Below are positions 1 through 11,290 of a stretch of DNA of 64,000 nucleotides, in pieces. The stretch is from an uncultured delta proteobacterium (GTDB lineage: Bacteria > Desulfobacterota > Binatia > Binatales > Binataceae): contig CAVXXK010000003.1 of NCBI GenBank assembly GCA_963765675.1, positions 320,001 through 384,000 of the forward strand. The letters are read 5' to 3'. The notes under the pieces are model-generated. The model had not been told where the DNA came from. It did not search any database and was given only the letters and a program-made list of their open reading frames with translations. How positions within the stretch are numbered: the stretch's first letter is position 1; each line of letters starts with the position of its first letter. The position numbers were made by a program, and so were the translations under genes.

Positions 1-1796
1 ATCCGTGTAGCGTCCCGAACGGCCCAGAAACCATGCGGTATTCACTCCGAAGAGCACGTTGCGCGAATAGCGGTACACGTTGGTCGAGGTGAAGGCGCCG
101 ACGTTGTCGTCGATATCCCACTCCGCGACGTTGGTCGCCGTTAGCTGTCCATTCATCAGCCAGTTGGTGAAGGCTACGAAGGCGAAGTTGCTGTCCTCGC
201 GCACTTTGCCGGTGAAGTTACCGACGTTCGGCGTCGCGTCGGAGGGACGATCCGGGTACCACGTGTTGACATATTGAACCGTTATGAACGTGTGCTGCTT
301 CGAGAGCCACGGTATGTACGTCGGACGGTCGCCCGCAACGATGAAACGCGTCATCTCGCTGCTTGCGATCGTGCTGCTGTCCGGCAATGCCGCATCGCCC
401 GCGGGGCTGGCCTGGTTGAGACCCACGGAAGGCGCGTACAGCGTGTCGTAGCGATAGACGATGTCGGTCAGATCCTTGTCGTAATAGGTTCCGGTGAGTC
501 CGAAGAAGTTCTTGCGTTTGAAATCTTCGGCGATCAGAATCTTGAACGTTCCGGCCTTCGGAACGCCCGCGCGCGGAGGCCCGTACGCATAGTGGCCAAA
601 ATTGATGAACTCGCCCGGTCCCACTCTGGTATAACCCGGAACCCCAAGAGCATCAGCAGTAGCAGCAGTGCACGAGGAGCAGAGACCCGAAGTGTTTTCC
701 CGCGCTTCGTACAAGTAGATGAAGCTTGCCTGCAAGCCATTCCCGATCGGCAGCAAGCTCGACAGGCGCACGCCGAATTCGCTGTTTTTGAGCGAGTTCG
801 ACGGGGTGTGATACGCGTCCTGCACCACTTCGTCATAGAATGAGCCGCCCGAAAAGATCATCGGCTTGGCGCCCAGATCCAGATAGGTCTGATTGCGGTA
901 TGCCTGCCCGTTCTGATTATAACCGGGGGCCGTGCCCTCGGCGGCGGGTGCCACCCACGGGTTTCGCGCATCTGTGACGTTCACGATGTCGGTATCGCCC
1001 TGGAAGTCCCCGGGGATCGACGAATGCTTCGATTTCATTGTTCGCGGTCTTCATGAAATCGGGCAGGATGTAATTGAACTTGATCATCCGCAGATTTTTG
1101 CGCTGATCTTCCGCCGCTTCCGCTCCGTAGAAGCCGTGGTAGGTCGAATCAATCGGATTGGTGATTTCCGTGCCTGACAACGCGTCGGCTTCCGACCAGA
1201 TGACTTCCTGCTTGCCGACACGGGCCGAGAAGTTATCCGTGAAGTTCAGCTGCGCATAGTATTCGTGCAGGTCGTCGCGGAAATACTGCTGTTGCAGTTG
1301 CGCTTGCTGTGTAAGGCGCCCAGTCGCGATTGGGCTCCGCGCGGCCGGTGTCCTTGATCGATCCGAACGCGTCGTACCACGGCCGATAGAACGCGAAGAA
1401 GTCCGCGTCCTTCAGGAACAGCGTGTCGAAGCGGCCGAGGAATTTGTAGTTCTTTACGAAATGGTAGTCGGGACGGATGTCGCCGAGCTGGCGAACTTCA
1501 TCCACGTCCCAATGGTTGAAGTCGAAGCTGCCGCCATTCTCCGTTGCCGCCGTGCCCGGCACCGCAGTAGTCGTGGTGGGCGTCGGATGCGTCAGCGTGG
1601 TCGGCGTTCCGTTGTTGTTGCTCGAGCCTTCACCCCAACGCCCTTCCTCTCGGGTCTCGAAGAACCCGAACACCGAAAAGTCGCCCTGGGTAATCGTCGC
1701 CATCGCGGCCGAGGTCCATAGCATGGCTACCGTAGCGACCGAGGCCACCAGCAGCTTACGCCAGCGGGCCCGGCCTTCCGAGGTTCTACCGGTCAT
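1..1796 (-). CDS. DUF1302-family outer-membrane beta-barrel-like protein; runs off the window start; two +1 frameshifts (~1308, ~1018)
   Basis: ATG at 1796 with GGAGGAGGAG RBS and signal peptide (RWRKLLVASVATVAMLWTSAAMA). Removing one base at each of two sites gives a continuous frame (...QQYFRDDLHEYYAQLNFTDNFSARVGKQEVIWSEADALSGTEITNPID...AFVIPGDFQGD...) to position 1; RVGKQxVxWxExD...NPxD is typical of DUF1302. Confidence 0.75.
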
Positions 1797-1957
1797 GAAG
1801 CTCCTCCTCCTCCCGACCCTGTTCCTGTCCCCCAGCGCCGGGCTCTCTCCCTTGGAAGCGGCGTGCGCAGCTACCTGACTCCCCCCAAACTCGGCGGAAT
1901 AGGGTCGCACGCAAAGACCAAAATTAGGTCTTCGTTAAAGGTAAGGGTTCAATCCGA

Positions 1958-1995
1958 TGGAACATCGCTGTTCCACTGGAAGATCGATTGTTCAC
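1958..1995. promoter_or_regulatory. Palindromic operator candidates upstream of the DUF1302 gene
   Basis: Perfect TGGAACA-TCGC-TGTTCCA (1958-1975) followed at once by a degenerate TGGAAGA-TCGAT-TGTTCAC copy. Confidence 0.5.
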
Positions 1996-2011
1996 CAGGG
2001 TGCGGGTTCGC

Positions 2012-3553
2012 TCACAGTTCCCATTGGAGCGCGGGGCGGCTCTCGTCGCGGTAGACGCATTGGAGTCCGGTTTTGATTCGGGTCGCCAGGTACGCGCCCA
2101 GCGCAGGATGATGCTGCCGGATCTTTTCGATCGAACGGCGGATCGCGCGGGTGACGTTGAGCCGCGAGCGTTGCGCGACCGAGGCTGCCCGTCGGTCGCG
2201 TCCGCCCAAACCTACCGCGCGCGAGAGCTCGCGGGTCAAAAACGAAATCTCCTCTTCCAGCTCGAAAGCCCGCTCGACATTTCCCTGCGCCTTCGCCTCG
2301 TCGAGAAACCCGCGCAAGTCATGCAAGCGGCGGCGATAAGCGCCCTTCGCGCGCGTGTCGAGCATCTCACCCGCGTCGCCTGAACTATCGGAATGCAATC
2401 CGGCCGCGGAGAGTTCTTCCTCGCTGATCCGCTGGGCGGGACGCGCGGCGAAATTCGCCACGGCTCCCGATTCACTGCGCATCTCGAGTTCGGTCGCGGG
2501 GAACTCGCGCCCCGGATGACGCAAGAGCTGCGCGATATAGCGCATTCCGCGCGAGTCCTTCAGCCGCATCGTCTCGCCGGCATAAGCCAGCGTCCAATAT
2601 TCACCCTCGCTGCGAAACGTCGCACTTCCGCTAGGCGCCAGACCGGGCTCCCCGGACCCGAGCGTCGTCAGTCCGAGCCCGTCGGGGCCGCTCTGTGCGG
2701 AGTCTTCATCGTCATCGTGACCGCGGTGAGCGTCATCGCCCAGCGCGCGCGCGATCGCGGCCAATACCGCCCCGCTATCGCCCAGGTAGGGCAGATGACC
2801 TCTGCCCGCCAGCGGCACCAGGCATCCTTGCGGAATTCGCGCGGCAAGCTCGCGGCCCGCGTGATAAGGAAAAGTGGCATCGTTGATCCGATGGATAACC
2901 GTAGTGGGAACGCTCAGGCTCGGCAGCAGATCGACCACGTCGACGCGATAGATAAATTCGGTAATCACCTCGATCACGTTCGCGCCGGTGCTGGCCTGCC
3001 GGTACATCGCGGCGATCATCTGCAAAGTCGGGCCATCGGCATCGGGTGCGTGCAGGTCGGCGACCAGCCGCGAGGCAAGATCCCACCGATCCACGATCAG
3101 CGTGCGCAGCGCCTCGGAAATTTTCGGGCCGGCTTCCAGATGATTTGAGCTGGCAAAAGTACCGAACAGAATCAACTGGCTGACGCGTTCGGGATGCCGC
3201 GCGGCGTAGGCAATTGCGAGCGGGCCGCCCGCATCGTATCCGAACAGTGCGAAGCGTTCGAGCTCGAGGTGATCCACCAGCAGCTCGAGAATCGAGAGTT
3301 CGGAGGCCGCGGAGAACTCTGGGCGCGCCCAGTCTGAGAGGCCGCATCCCGGAGAATCGTATCGGATCACTGTGTGATGCTCGGCAATCGATTCGTAGAA
3401 GCGGCGAATCGGGGGTGTCTGCCATTCGCCGTCGAGATGGCTCAGCCAGGGCGGGGTTCGTACGATTGCCGGTCCGGCGCCGACAATGGAATACGCGATT
3501 CGGGTTCCCTGCGGAGCCGAAAAAAATTGAATCCGCTGATCCGTCTGCATCAA
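2012..3553 (-). CDS. Alpha/beta-hydrolase-fold sensor fused to a C-terminal putative DNA-binding domain (one-component transcriptional regulator)
   Basis: N-terminal RYDSPGCGLS, GYDAGG and GHLPY hydrolase motifs; acidic linker; C-terminal FRSEGEYWTLAY...KDSRGMRYIAQLL...RSRLNVTRAIR...TGLQCVY domain like that of AAA/LuxR-type regulators. Confidence 0.75.
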   Translation of the reverse strand: MMQTDQRIQFFSAPQGTRIAYSIVGAGPAIVRTPPWLSHLDGEWQTPPIRRFYESIAEHHTVIRYDSPGCGLSDWARPEFSAASELSILELLVDHLELERFALFGYDAGGPLAIAYAARHPERVSQLILFGTFASSNHLEAGPKISEALRTLIVDRWDLASRLVADLHAPDADGPTLQMIAAMYRQASTGANVIEVITEFIYRVDVVDLLPSLSVPTTVIHRINDATFPYHAGRELAARIPQGCLVPLAGRGHLPYLGDSGAVLAAIARALGDDAHRGHDDDEDSAQSGPDGLGLTTLGSGEPGLAPSGSATFRSEGEYWTLAYAGETMRLKDSRGMRYIAQLLRHPGREFPATELEMRSESGAVANFAARPAQRISEEELSAAGLHSDSSGDAGEMLDTRAKGAYRRRLHDLRGFLDEAKAQGNVERAFELEEEISFLTRELSRAVGLGGRDRRAASVAQRSRLNVTRAIRRSIEKIRQHHPALGAYLATRIKTGLQCVYRDESRPALQWEL

Positions 3554-4028
3554 CCTAATCCCCGCCTGGCTTGCAGCTCGGCTGGCTCCAGAAGCGACCT
3601 CGGAGGAATCAGCTTCGCAGGCAAAACCACCGCATCAACGGGCGTATAGAGGCCAGCGCCAGCCCGCGCACGCCTCTTATCGGAATCGCTGGAGCGGTTT
3701 TCGCTCCGCGCGGTCCCTGCCACCGTTATGTTCTTCGATCATCCGGGAAAATCACGGATGCAGCCTGATGCAGCCCCTTTATCGAGGGCGGCGTGCAGAA
3801 CTACAACACGCTTCCCACTCATCGACTATGCGTACTCCGAAACGATCCGAGTCAACTCTCGAACGCGCGTTAGGTTACGTCTTTCGCGAGCCACTCGATC
3901 CGTAGAAAATACACTCGTGATTGTATGACGCGGAAACAGCGCGCGAGTTGCGCAAGATTTTCGCGGGAGTCGCGATTGATGACTCCGCGCCCGGCAGGCT
4001 ACTCTCATCCCATTCCGGAGGTGACACG

Positions 4029-5207
4029 ATGGACGCTAAGGGCGCAGCGCGCGAACGAGTCGAGCAATCCCGCGGCAAGCTGGTGGACTTGAGCCATCGG
4101 ATTCACGCGCATCCGGAACTCGGTTTCGAGGAAGAACAATCCGCGCGCTGGATGTGCGAATACCTGACCGACGCGGGTTTCGCCGTCGAGGCGGGGGTCT
4201 GTGGGATGCCAACCGCGTTCATAGCGCGGGCCGGCTCGGGCCCTCTGCACATCGCGATTTGCGCCGAGTACGATTGCCTGCCCGGAATCGGACATGCCTG
4301 CGGGCACAACATTATCGCCGCGATGGCTGCCGGAGCGGGCGCGGCGGCGGCGCGCGTCGCCGACGATTTGGGCCTTACGATTAGCGTGATCGGCACCCCG
4401 GCCGAGGAGATTGGCGACTCGAGCGGGAAAATCCTGCTGCTCGAACGCGGCGCTTTCGACGGCGTGCACGCCGCGATGATGACGCATCCGTCGCCGATGG
4501 ACATGGCGGAGCCGCCGATTATCGCGATCGCGACTTTCGACGTTCACTATACCGGCAAAGAAGCCCACGCATCAGCCTTCCCCGAGGCCGGCATCAATGC
4601 CGCCGACGCGCTGACGATCGCACAGACCTCGATCGGGCTGTTGCGTCAGCATATCGGCCACAACGATCGCGTCCACGGCATCGTGACTCACGGCGGTGAG
4701 GCGCCCAACATCGTGCCCGCGCATACCAGTGCGCGCTACATGGTGCGCGCAAAGAACCTGGGCGAGCTCGAGCGCATCAGGACGCGCGTGACTAACTGCT
4801 TCGAGGCCGGAGCGCTCGCCACCGGCGCAAAGCTCGAAATTCGCGGAGGCGGGAAGCCATACGCCGAGATGGTGCACGATCACGGTCTCGCCGAGATCTA
4901 TAAGCGCAACGCCGAGCAGGCGGGGCGCACGTTTTTGAACCTGCCAGGAATGGATCGGGCTGCGGGCTCGACCGACATGGGCAACGTATCGCGCGCCTTG
5001 CCGTCGATTCATCCGATGATCGGCATCAACTCGCTGCCCGCGATCAATCATCAACCGGAATTCACCGCGCACTGCATCAGCGCCGACGCCGATCGCGCCG
5101 TGTTCGACGGAGCGCTCTCGATGGCGTGGACTATCGCCGACGCGGCAACCGACAAGCCGACCCGAGAGCGCCTGCTCGCGCGGGATAATCGTCCCTCGGG
5201 CCGCTAA
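4029..5207 (+). CDS. M20 family amidohydrolase (Acy1L2/AbgB-like)
   Basis: GGAGG RBS before ATG 4029; HPELGFEE, AEYDCLPGIGHACGHN, GTPAEE and GSTDMGNVS motifs. Confidence 0.92.
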   Translation: MDAKGAARERVEQSRGKLVDLSHRIHAHPELGFEEEQSARWMCEYLTDAGFAVEAGVCGMPTAFIARAGSGPLHIAICAEYDCLPGIGHACGHNIIAAMAAGAGAAAARVADDLGLTISVIGTPAEEIGDSSGKILLLERGAFDGVHAAMMTHPSPMDMAEPPIIAIATFDVHYTGKEAHASAFPEAGINAADALTIAQTSIGLLRQHIGHNDRVHGIVTHGGEAPNIVPAHTSARYMVRAKNLGELERIRTRVTNCFEAGALATGAKLEIRGGGKPYAEMVHDHGLAEIYKRNAEQAGRTFLNLPGMDRAAGSTDMGNVSRALPSIHPMIGINSLPAINHQPEFTAHCISADADRAVFDGALSMAWTIADAATDKPTRERLLARDNRPSGR

Positions 5208-5228
5208 CGAATCGCGCTCGCTCGAGAG

Positions 5229-6068
5229 CTATTGCGTGCCGAGCGTGGTAGCGGACGCCGCAGGTGCATTCACGGTGGGCGGCAGCCGCGCCGCGTCATC
5301 GTTTATGATCTTCAGCACGAACCGGAACGGCGCGTTAGTGACGGTCACCGCACCCTGGTAAGGATTTGCAAGTTCCGAGATCGCCATGATGGTGAGCCCG
5401 ATGAGCGCCGCGAACGTGCCGCTCATCAACGCCTGCTGGGCAAATCGGCGCGAGCCAAAAAAGTACGAGAACCCGATCGTGATGATGCATCCGGCGTAGA
5501 TCACCAGCCATACAACCGAAGGAAGATCTTCCTTGTAATAGACGTAGCGAAGCTGGCGCGCGTCGCTGAGGGCGTCCATCTCGTCGAGGCATTTCGACAA
5601 CGTATCGGTCTCGAGAGCGTTGTGCGGATTGAAGCCGAGCAGCACGTCCCACAGGCGCCCTTCCCCATCCAGCGAGCGCTCGAATTCGAGCGTCGCCATC
5701 TGATTCCATTCATGATTCACGACCTGACTCGCGTAGAAGCGCGTCGCCTGCTGCAGCTCGGCCCGCATCGGATTCTGAAAGCCCTTGGACAGGCTGTAGA
5801 GGTTGGTCAGCGCCAGCGCTTCGGCCTGCGCCTTGTTGTCGGCGCGCTCAAAGCGTTGCCAAGCCGCGACGATCACGAAGGCGAGGACCACCCCATAAAA
5901 TGCGCCGACTACGCCAAAGGTGTAACCCGTGACCTCGTGATCATCGCGCAGGATCTGGGCTGGCACCAACCGTCTAACGATGTACAGCCCGAGAATCGTC
6001 CCGCCACCGAACACCCCGATCACCAGGATAGCCTGCCCCAAGACCCCAAATCCGTGGATTACCTGCAC
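5229..6068 (-). CDS. DUF4239 (bestrophin-like) membrane protein
   Basis: Several TM helices; GAFYGVVLAFVIVAAW and ELANPYQG patterns. Confidence 0.75.
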   Translation of the reverse strand: MQVIHGFGVLGQAILVIGVFGGGTILGLYIVRRLVPAQILRDDHEVTGYTFGVVGAFYGVVLAFVIVAAWQRFERADNKAQAEALALTNLYSLSKGFQNPMRAELQQATRFYASQVVNHEWNQMATLEFERSLDGEGRLWDVLLGFNPHNALETDTLSKCLDEMDALSDARQLRYVYYKEDLPSVVWLVIYAGCIITIGFSYFFGSRRFAQQALMSGTFAALIGLTIMAISELANPYQGAVTVTNAPFRFVLKIINDDAARLPPTVNAPAASATTLGTQ

Positions 6069-6237
6069 CGCCAGCCTCCCCTCGCCCCTTCACCTTCTCC
6101 GCCGCGCTGCCTATCGCGCGCATCGGGGACATCGTACTTGATATACGATCATTGTGCAGCCCTGCCCGCCGCGGCGCGGTTGGACGGATTTGATATGCTG
6201 CCATCGCGACGAAATGACCATCGCGAGGAGAATCGAT

Positions 6238-6657
6238 TTGATAAAACGTGTTCTGCTTATTTTCTGCCTGTGTGCGATCTCTGCGTGCGGAACTCTCCAG
6301 CACGATACCGCCGACTTTCGCGCCGATAACGCCGCGATGACCGCCGCGTCCAAAAAGATCATTATTTCCCCCACCGCCGAGGTCCCGGGCCATCCCAATT
6401 TCACCAAACTCGGGGCCGTTCAGGGCTACTGTCTTAAAGACCCCAAAGGCAACACCCAGGCGGTCCCCGGTGACAGCATGCGGCTGGCTGCCTACCGCCA
6501 GTATGGCGATCGCGTCGGCGCAATCGTTGGAGCGCACCAATGGTTCGTCATCGCGGGCGGCCAAACCAGCGCCGTTTACGAACCCAGCAGCCAGCAGGGT
6601 TACTGGGAATGCGGCGGAACCGCAGTGAGCTTCCCTCCCGCATCGCCACAGCAATAG
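6238..6657 (+). CDS. Hypothetical lipoprotein
   Basis: GAGGAG RBS before TTG 6238; MIKRVLLIFCLCAISA|C lipobox; two further Cys in the mature domain; 16 bp upstream of gluconokinase. Confidence 0.6.
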   Translation: MIKRVLLIFCLCAISACGTLQHDTADFRADNAAMTAASKKIIISPTAEVPGHPNFTKLGAVQGYCLKDPKGNTQAVPGDSMRLAAYRQYGDRVGAIVGAHQWFVIAGGQTSAVYEPSSQQGYWECGGTAVSFPPASPQQ

Positions 6658-6673
6658 TCGTCTGGCAAGGCTG

Positions 6674-7159
6674 ATGGTCGTAATCGTCATGGGCGTTTCG
6701 GGCGCCGGAAAAACCACGGTCGGGCGGATGCTGGCAAGCGCGCTCGGATGGGATTTTCGCGAAGGCGACGATCTGCATCCCGCCGCCAATCGCGCGAAGA
6801 TGAGTTCGGGCGTCGCGCTGACCGATGCTGATCGACGCCCATGGCTCGCGGCAATCCGCGCGATGATCGACGAGTATCTGGCACGTGGAACGAACGCGGT
6901 TATCGCATGCTCGGCGCTCAAGCGCTCGTATCGTGAATTGCTCGCCGCCGATCCGGCTCGCGTCAGATTCGTATGGCTCGACGGCTCGCGCGGGCTTATC
7001 GCGAGCAGGATTGCGGCGCGGCGCGGTCATTTCATGCCGGCTGAATTGCTCGCGAGCCAGTTCTCCGATCTGGAAGCGCCTGCAGACGCGATGCGGATCG
7101 ACGTTACGGCGCCGCCCGCCGAAATCGTCGCCACGATTCGCCGCGAGCTCTCAATTTGA
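6674..7159 (+). CDS. gntK: Gluconokinase (GntK/IdnK family)
   Basis: MGVSGAGKT P-loop, EGDDLHP, DRRPWL, CSALK and HFMP...SQF motifs. Confidence 0.93.
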   Translation: MVVIVMGVSGAGKTTVGRMLASALGWDFREGDDLHPAANRAKMSSGVALTDADRRPWLAAIRAMIDEYLARGTNAVIACSALKRSYRELLAADPARVRFVWLDGSRGLIASRIAARRGHFMPAELLASQFSDLEAPADAMRIDVTAPPAEIVATIRRELSI

Positions 7160-7356
7160 AAACGAGCTTCGCGGCGCCCCCTATGTTCTCATTCTCGCGC
7201 GAATGACACATCCCTCGGCCGAAAGACGTCAATTCAAACTGGCGCACAAAGGCCGGGATGACACGGGCGCTTGGTTGTGTCTAATATACGCAAAGTCCTC
7301 TGTCCGCTTTCGTTGGCATTCGTGGGAAAAGCCGGTCAGGGAAAAAAGGATGCGGC

Positions 7357-9459
7357 GTGAAAGCGGGCGACAACTTCTTTAACTTCTACAATCATGATTT
7401 CGTGCGCGTCGCGGTCGGAATTCCGGCGGTGCGCGTTGCCGACCCGGCGTTCAATGCCGCCCAGACGATCGCGCTGATGCGCGAGGGCGCCGAGCGGCGC
7501 GCATTGGCCGTGCTGTTCCCGGAACTCGGACTCACCGCCTATAGCTGCGACGATCTGTTCCAGCAGCGCGCGGTGCTCGACGCAGCCGAGGATGCGCTGC
7601 GCACGATCCTTGACGCCTCACGCACGCTGAATCTCGTCGCTGTCGTCGGGATGCCGGTGCGGGCGGACAATTCGCTGTTCAACTGCGCGATCGCGGTTTC
7701 TCGCGGACGCATCCTGGCCGTGATTCCGAAAACCTATCCGCCAAATTACCGCGAGTTTTACGAGCTCAGGCAATTCGCGCCGGCCGCCTCCGCGCTCAGC
7801 ACCGAAATCGATCTTGCCGGCCAATCCGGCGTTCTCTTCGGCACGCGGATCCTGCTGCGCTGCGAAGAGCAGCCGTGGCTCGTGATACACGCGGAAATCT
7901 GCGAGGACCTGTGGACGCCGATCGCTCCGTCGGCGCATGCGGCGCTCGCTGGCGCGACCGTGATGCTGAATCTTTCCGCGTCGAACATCACTGTCAGCAA
8001 GGCCGACTACCGCCGCGAGCTCGTCGCAAGCCAATCAGCGCGATGCGTCGGCGCATATCTCTACTCGGCTGCCGGACCCGGCGAATCGACCACGGACCTC
8101 GCATGGGACGGGCACGCGATCATCTGCGAGAACGGCACGATGCTGGCCGAGTCGCAACGCTTCAGCGACACGCCGCAACTGGTCTGCGCCGAGATCGATC
8201 TGGAACGCCTGACGCAGGAACGGATGCGCCAGACCAGCTTTGGCGATTGCGCGCGAGTCGAGCGCGCCGCGGGTTTCCGCTCGGTCGGATTCTCGCTGGA
8301 GATTCCGCGCCGCCAGCGGATGCTGCTCGAGCGCGGCTACGAACGCTTTCCGTACGTGCCGTCAGATCCGGCGGGCCGCGACAATCGCTGCGCAGAGGTT
8401 TACGAGATTCAGGTCCAGGGACTTGCCAACCGGTTGCGCTATGCGGGAATCGAGCGCGTCGTGATCGGAGTCTCCGGCGGACTCGATTCCACTCACGCGC
8501 TGCTGGTATGCGCGCAGGTGATGGATCGCCTGCATCTTCCGCGGCGCAATATCCTTGCCTACACGATGCCGGGTTTTGCGACCAGCGCGCGAACTCTCGC
8601 GCAGGCGCGCGCCCTGATGACGGCGCTCGGATGCACCGCCGGCGAAATCGACATCCGGCCGAGCGCGCAGCAGATGCTCTCCGACATCGGGCATCCGTTT
8701 GCCAAGGGCCTGCAAATCTTCGACGTCACCTTCGAAAATGTTCAGGCCGGCGAACGCACCAGCCACCTTTTCCGGCTGGCCAATCTCAACTCCGCGCTCG
8801 TGGTCGGCACCGGAGACTTGAGCGAGCTCGCGCTCGGATGGTGCACCTATGGCGTCGGCGACCATATGTCGCATTACGCCGTGAACGCGAGCGTGCCCAA
8901 GACGCTGATGCAGTACGTGGTGCGATGGGTCGCCGAGACCGGACGGCTCGGTCCCGACGCGAGCGCAACGCTGCTCGAAATTCTTTCGACTCCGATTAGT
9001 CCCGAGCTGATTCCGGGACGCTCGGCCGACGGCGATCCGGAGCAACGCACCGAAGCGATCATCGGACCGTACGAATTGCAGGATTTCAATCTCTACTACA
9101 CGCTGCGGTTCGGCTACGCGCCGCCCAAGATCGCGTTCCTGGCGTATTCGGCGTGGCGCGACCGCGCGCTGGGCCGCTGGCCCGCGGTGCCCGAGAACGC
9201 GCGCAACCAGTATCCGATCGGAAAAATAAAGTCTTACTTGAAGATTTTTCTGACGCGGTTTTTTGCGCAGAGCCAGTTCAAGCGCTCGTGTATTCCGAAC
9301 GCGCCCAAGGTCGGCTCGGGCGGCTCGCTCTCTCCGCGCGGCGATTGGCGCGCTCCTTCCGACAGCGGCGCGGAGGCGTGGCTCGCGGCGCTGGAGCTGG
9401 TTCCAGGCAGCGACATTGTCGCCGCGCCCAAGCGTCGCTCACGAGGCAGCCGACGGTGA
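7357..9459 (+). CDS. nadE: Glutamine-dependent NAD+ synthetase
   Basis: N-terminal nitrilase domain (FPEL, PKTY, EICED) plus synthetase domain ([41 protein letters not shown]). Confidence 0.97.
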   Translation: MKAGDNFFNFYNHDFVRVAVGIPAVRVADPAFNAAQTIALMREGAERRALAVLFPELGLTAYSCDDLFQQRAVLDAAEDALRTILDASRTLNLVAVVGMPVRADNSLFNCAIAVSRGRILAVIPKTYPPNYREFYELRQFAPAASALSTEIDLAGQSGVLFGTRILLRCEEQPWLVIHAEICEDLWTPIAPSAHAALAGATVMLNLSASNITVSKADYRRELVASQSARCVGAYLYSAAGPGESTTDLAWDGHAIICENGTMLAESQRFSDTPQLVCAEIDLERLTQERMRQTSFGDCARVERAAGFRSVGFSLEIPRRQRMLLERGYERFPYVPSDPAGRDNRCAEVYEIQVQGLANRLRYAGIERVVIGVSGGLDSTHALLVCAQVMDRLHLPRRNILAYTMPGFATSARTLAQARALMTALGCTAGEIDIRPSAQQMLSDIGHPFAKGLQIFDVTFENVQAGERTSHLFRLANLNSALVVGTGDLSELALGWCTYGVGDHMSHYAVNASVPKTLMQYVVRWVAETGRLGPDASATLLEILSTPISPELIPGRSADGDPEQRTEAIIGPYELQDFNLYYTLRFGYAPPKIAFLAYSAWRDRALGRWPAVPENARNQYPIGKIKSYLKIFLTRFFAQSQFKRSCIPNAPKVGSGGSLSPRGDWRAPSDSGAEAWLAALELVPGSDIVAAPKRRSRGSRR

Positions 9460-10746
9460 GATCTCTTCGAGCGTCATCCCGCGGGTTTCCGGAATCCAGC
9501 CCATCACCACGATAACGCCGATCAGCGGTCCGACCGCGAAAACTGCCGCCGCATTGCCGAGGCCGCCCATCGGATCGGCCAAAAGGCCGACGATCACCGG
9601 CGACAAAGCCCAGCCGAATTGCCCGAACACCTGAACCGTCAGCGAATATCCTGCCGCGCGAATTTCGGTGGGAAACAATTCGGCCGACAGCGCGCTGGTC
9701 GCGGTGCGCGCCGCCTGATACGTGAACATCGTTGCGACAAATCCGAACATCAGTCCGCGGAAGCTCGCCGAATGGAACAGCAGCGCCATCGCAAGTCCCG
9801 CGCAGACGTAGAAAAAGCTGGTGGTGATGCGCCGCCCGATCCGATCGATCGCCCACCCCGCGAGCAAGCTGCCGACGCTGCCCATCAGGTAAGCGATGAT
9901 GACGGCGACTCCGACCTGCGCGGCTGACCAGTTGTGCTCGCGCCGCGCGTAGAGGCTGAAGAACGTGATCGTCGGTCCGCCGATGAATCCGATGCTGTTC
10001 CAAAGAATCGCGACCACGATCAGTCGCGAGCGGTAGGGGCCCGCGATCTCGCGGATCGATTCCCTGATCTTTGACCACAGATGACCGCGCTCGATCCCCT
10101 CGCGGATTCGCGCCGCCGTCAGTGCGCGGAACCGCATTGTCTCGCGCAGGCCGCGGCGCAGAAAGATTGTCAGAAGAAGAGGCGCGATACCGATGAAATA
10201 CATTCCGCGCCAACCCCATTTCGACGGTGCGACGTATCCGTAGAGACCACCTGCGGCGGCCACACCCAGGAACGCGACCGTCAGAAGGCCGGCAATCGCG
10301 CGGCCGCGTTCGTCGTCGGGAAACTCCTCGCTGATCATCGTGACCGCAACCCCAAACTCGGCCGCGAGGAACAATTGCGCGACGGTCTGGAAGATCGTGA
10401 ACGTGACCATACCGCGCGAGATCGCGGTCATAAGAGTAAAGACCGCGTAGAAAAAAACCGACAGCGCCACGATCGGCTTGCGTCCGTAAAGGTCGGCGCT
10501 CGCAACCAGCAGGAATGAAACCAATCCGCCCAGGCGCACGATGGTGGCGACCAATCCGATCGACGCGTCCGACATCGCGAAAGTTCGCATGATGTCGGGC
10601 GTGCACAAGTGGAAAATCGTGATGTCGTAGCCCTCGAAGATCGTCGCCGACATCAACAGGCCGAACAGCAGCGGCAGGTAGCTGCGCGGCGGATGGAGCG
10701 CATCAGCCACCAGGGCGGCAGCGGGAGGTTCGGTAGCGCGGTCCAT
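9439..10746 (-). CDS. MFS transporter (sugar/aromatic-acid type)
   Basis: About 12 TM; [25 protein letters not shown] and PETRG motifs. Confidence 0.9.
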   Translation of the reverse strand: MDRATEPPAAALVADALHPPRSYLPLLFGLLMSATIFEGYDITIFHLCTPDIMRTFAMSDASIGLVATIVRLGGLVSFLLVASADLYGRKPIVALSVFFYAVFTLMTAISRGMVTFTIFQTVAQLFLAAEFGVAVTMISEEFPDDERGRAIAGLLTVAFLGVAAAGGLYGYVAPSKWGWRGMYFIGIAPLLLTIFLRRGLRETMRFRALTAARIREGIERGHLWSKIRESIREIAGPYRSRLIVVAILWNSIGFIGGPTITFFSLYARREHNWSAAQVGVAVIIAYLMGSVGSLLAGWAIDRIGRRITTSFFYVCAGLAMALLFHSASFRGLMFGFVATMFTYQAARTATSALSAELFPTEIRAAGYSLTVQVFGQFGWALSPVIVGLLADPMGGLGNAAAVFAVGPLIGVIVVMGWIPETRGMTLEEISPSAAS

Positions 10747-10843
10747 CGTAGGCTATCCGCATGCGCGCGGAGCCGTGCGCATGTAAAGCTCTGTAAAGGT
10801 TTCAGATCGAGCGCGGCTCGGCAAGTAAGGCAGGCGCGGCCGG

Positions 10844-11290
10844 TTGAGTTTCGCCGGTGGGAACGCGCTGGTGGGAGAAACCAGAGAAATGGTCGGCGCG
10901 AGGCACTGGCACGAATTCGTTGTCGAGGGGAAACGCGACGCCGCCCGTGCAGGTCAACGCGCCGACCAAACCTGGATCGTCCGCCCAAGCGGCGCGTTCT
11001 GGGATACCATTAGAGCAAGAGCCGCGCCGATCGCGGCGCCATCTTTGGTGAAACAGGCGGCGCGGAATAATTCGGTTTTCATCGCGATAGATGGCAAGAA
11101 ATTGACAGTTTGTAGCATCGCGACGGACTTCAGTTGCAGCGCTGCACCTGACTCTTCTTACCGACATCGCGTCGGTATGACCGCGCGCCGAGGGCGGTCA
11201 GCCCCCTCGACGCACGGAAATCGATGCGCTAGAGCCAGACGGCAGGTACAGGCATTACGCCAGAATCTCGCGCAGGAGGAATCACGATGA
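10844..11290 (+). CDS. Possible hypothetical protein or gene remnant
   Basis: 148-aa ORF ending in an ATGA overlap with the next gene; protein-like central part; no recognised family. Confidence 0.25.
   Translation: MSFAGGNALVGETREMVGARHWHEFVVEGKRDAARAGQRADQTWIVRPSGAFWDTIRARAAPIAAPSLVKQAARNNSVFIAIDGKKLTVCSIATDFSCSAAPDSSYRHRVGMTARRGRSAPSTHGNRCARARRQVQALRQNLAQEESR

Noticed and set aside
7200-7270. Stem-loop upstream of nadE (CATCCC..GGCC/GGCCGGGATG) as an NAD+ or glutamine riboswitch
   Set aside because: I cannot match it to any riboswitch consensus; the GGCCGGGATGAC end resembles ordinary REP-like repeats. An Rfam search would settle it.
9439-9459. 21-bp convergent overlap of nadE and the MFS gene
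   Set aside because: Short tail-to-tail overlaps are common in GC-rich genomes; no evidence of a regulatory role.
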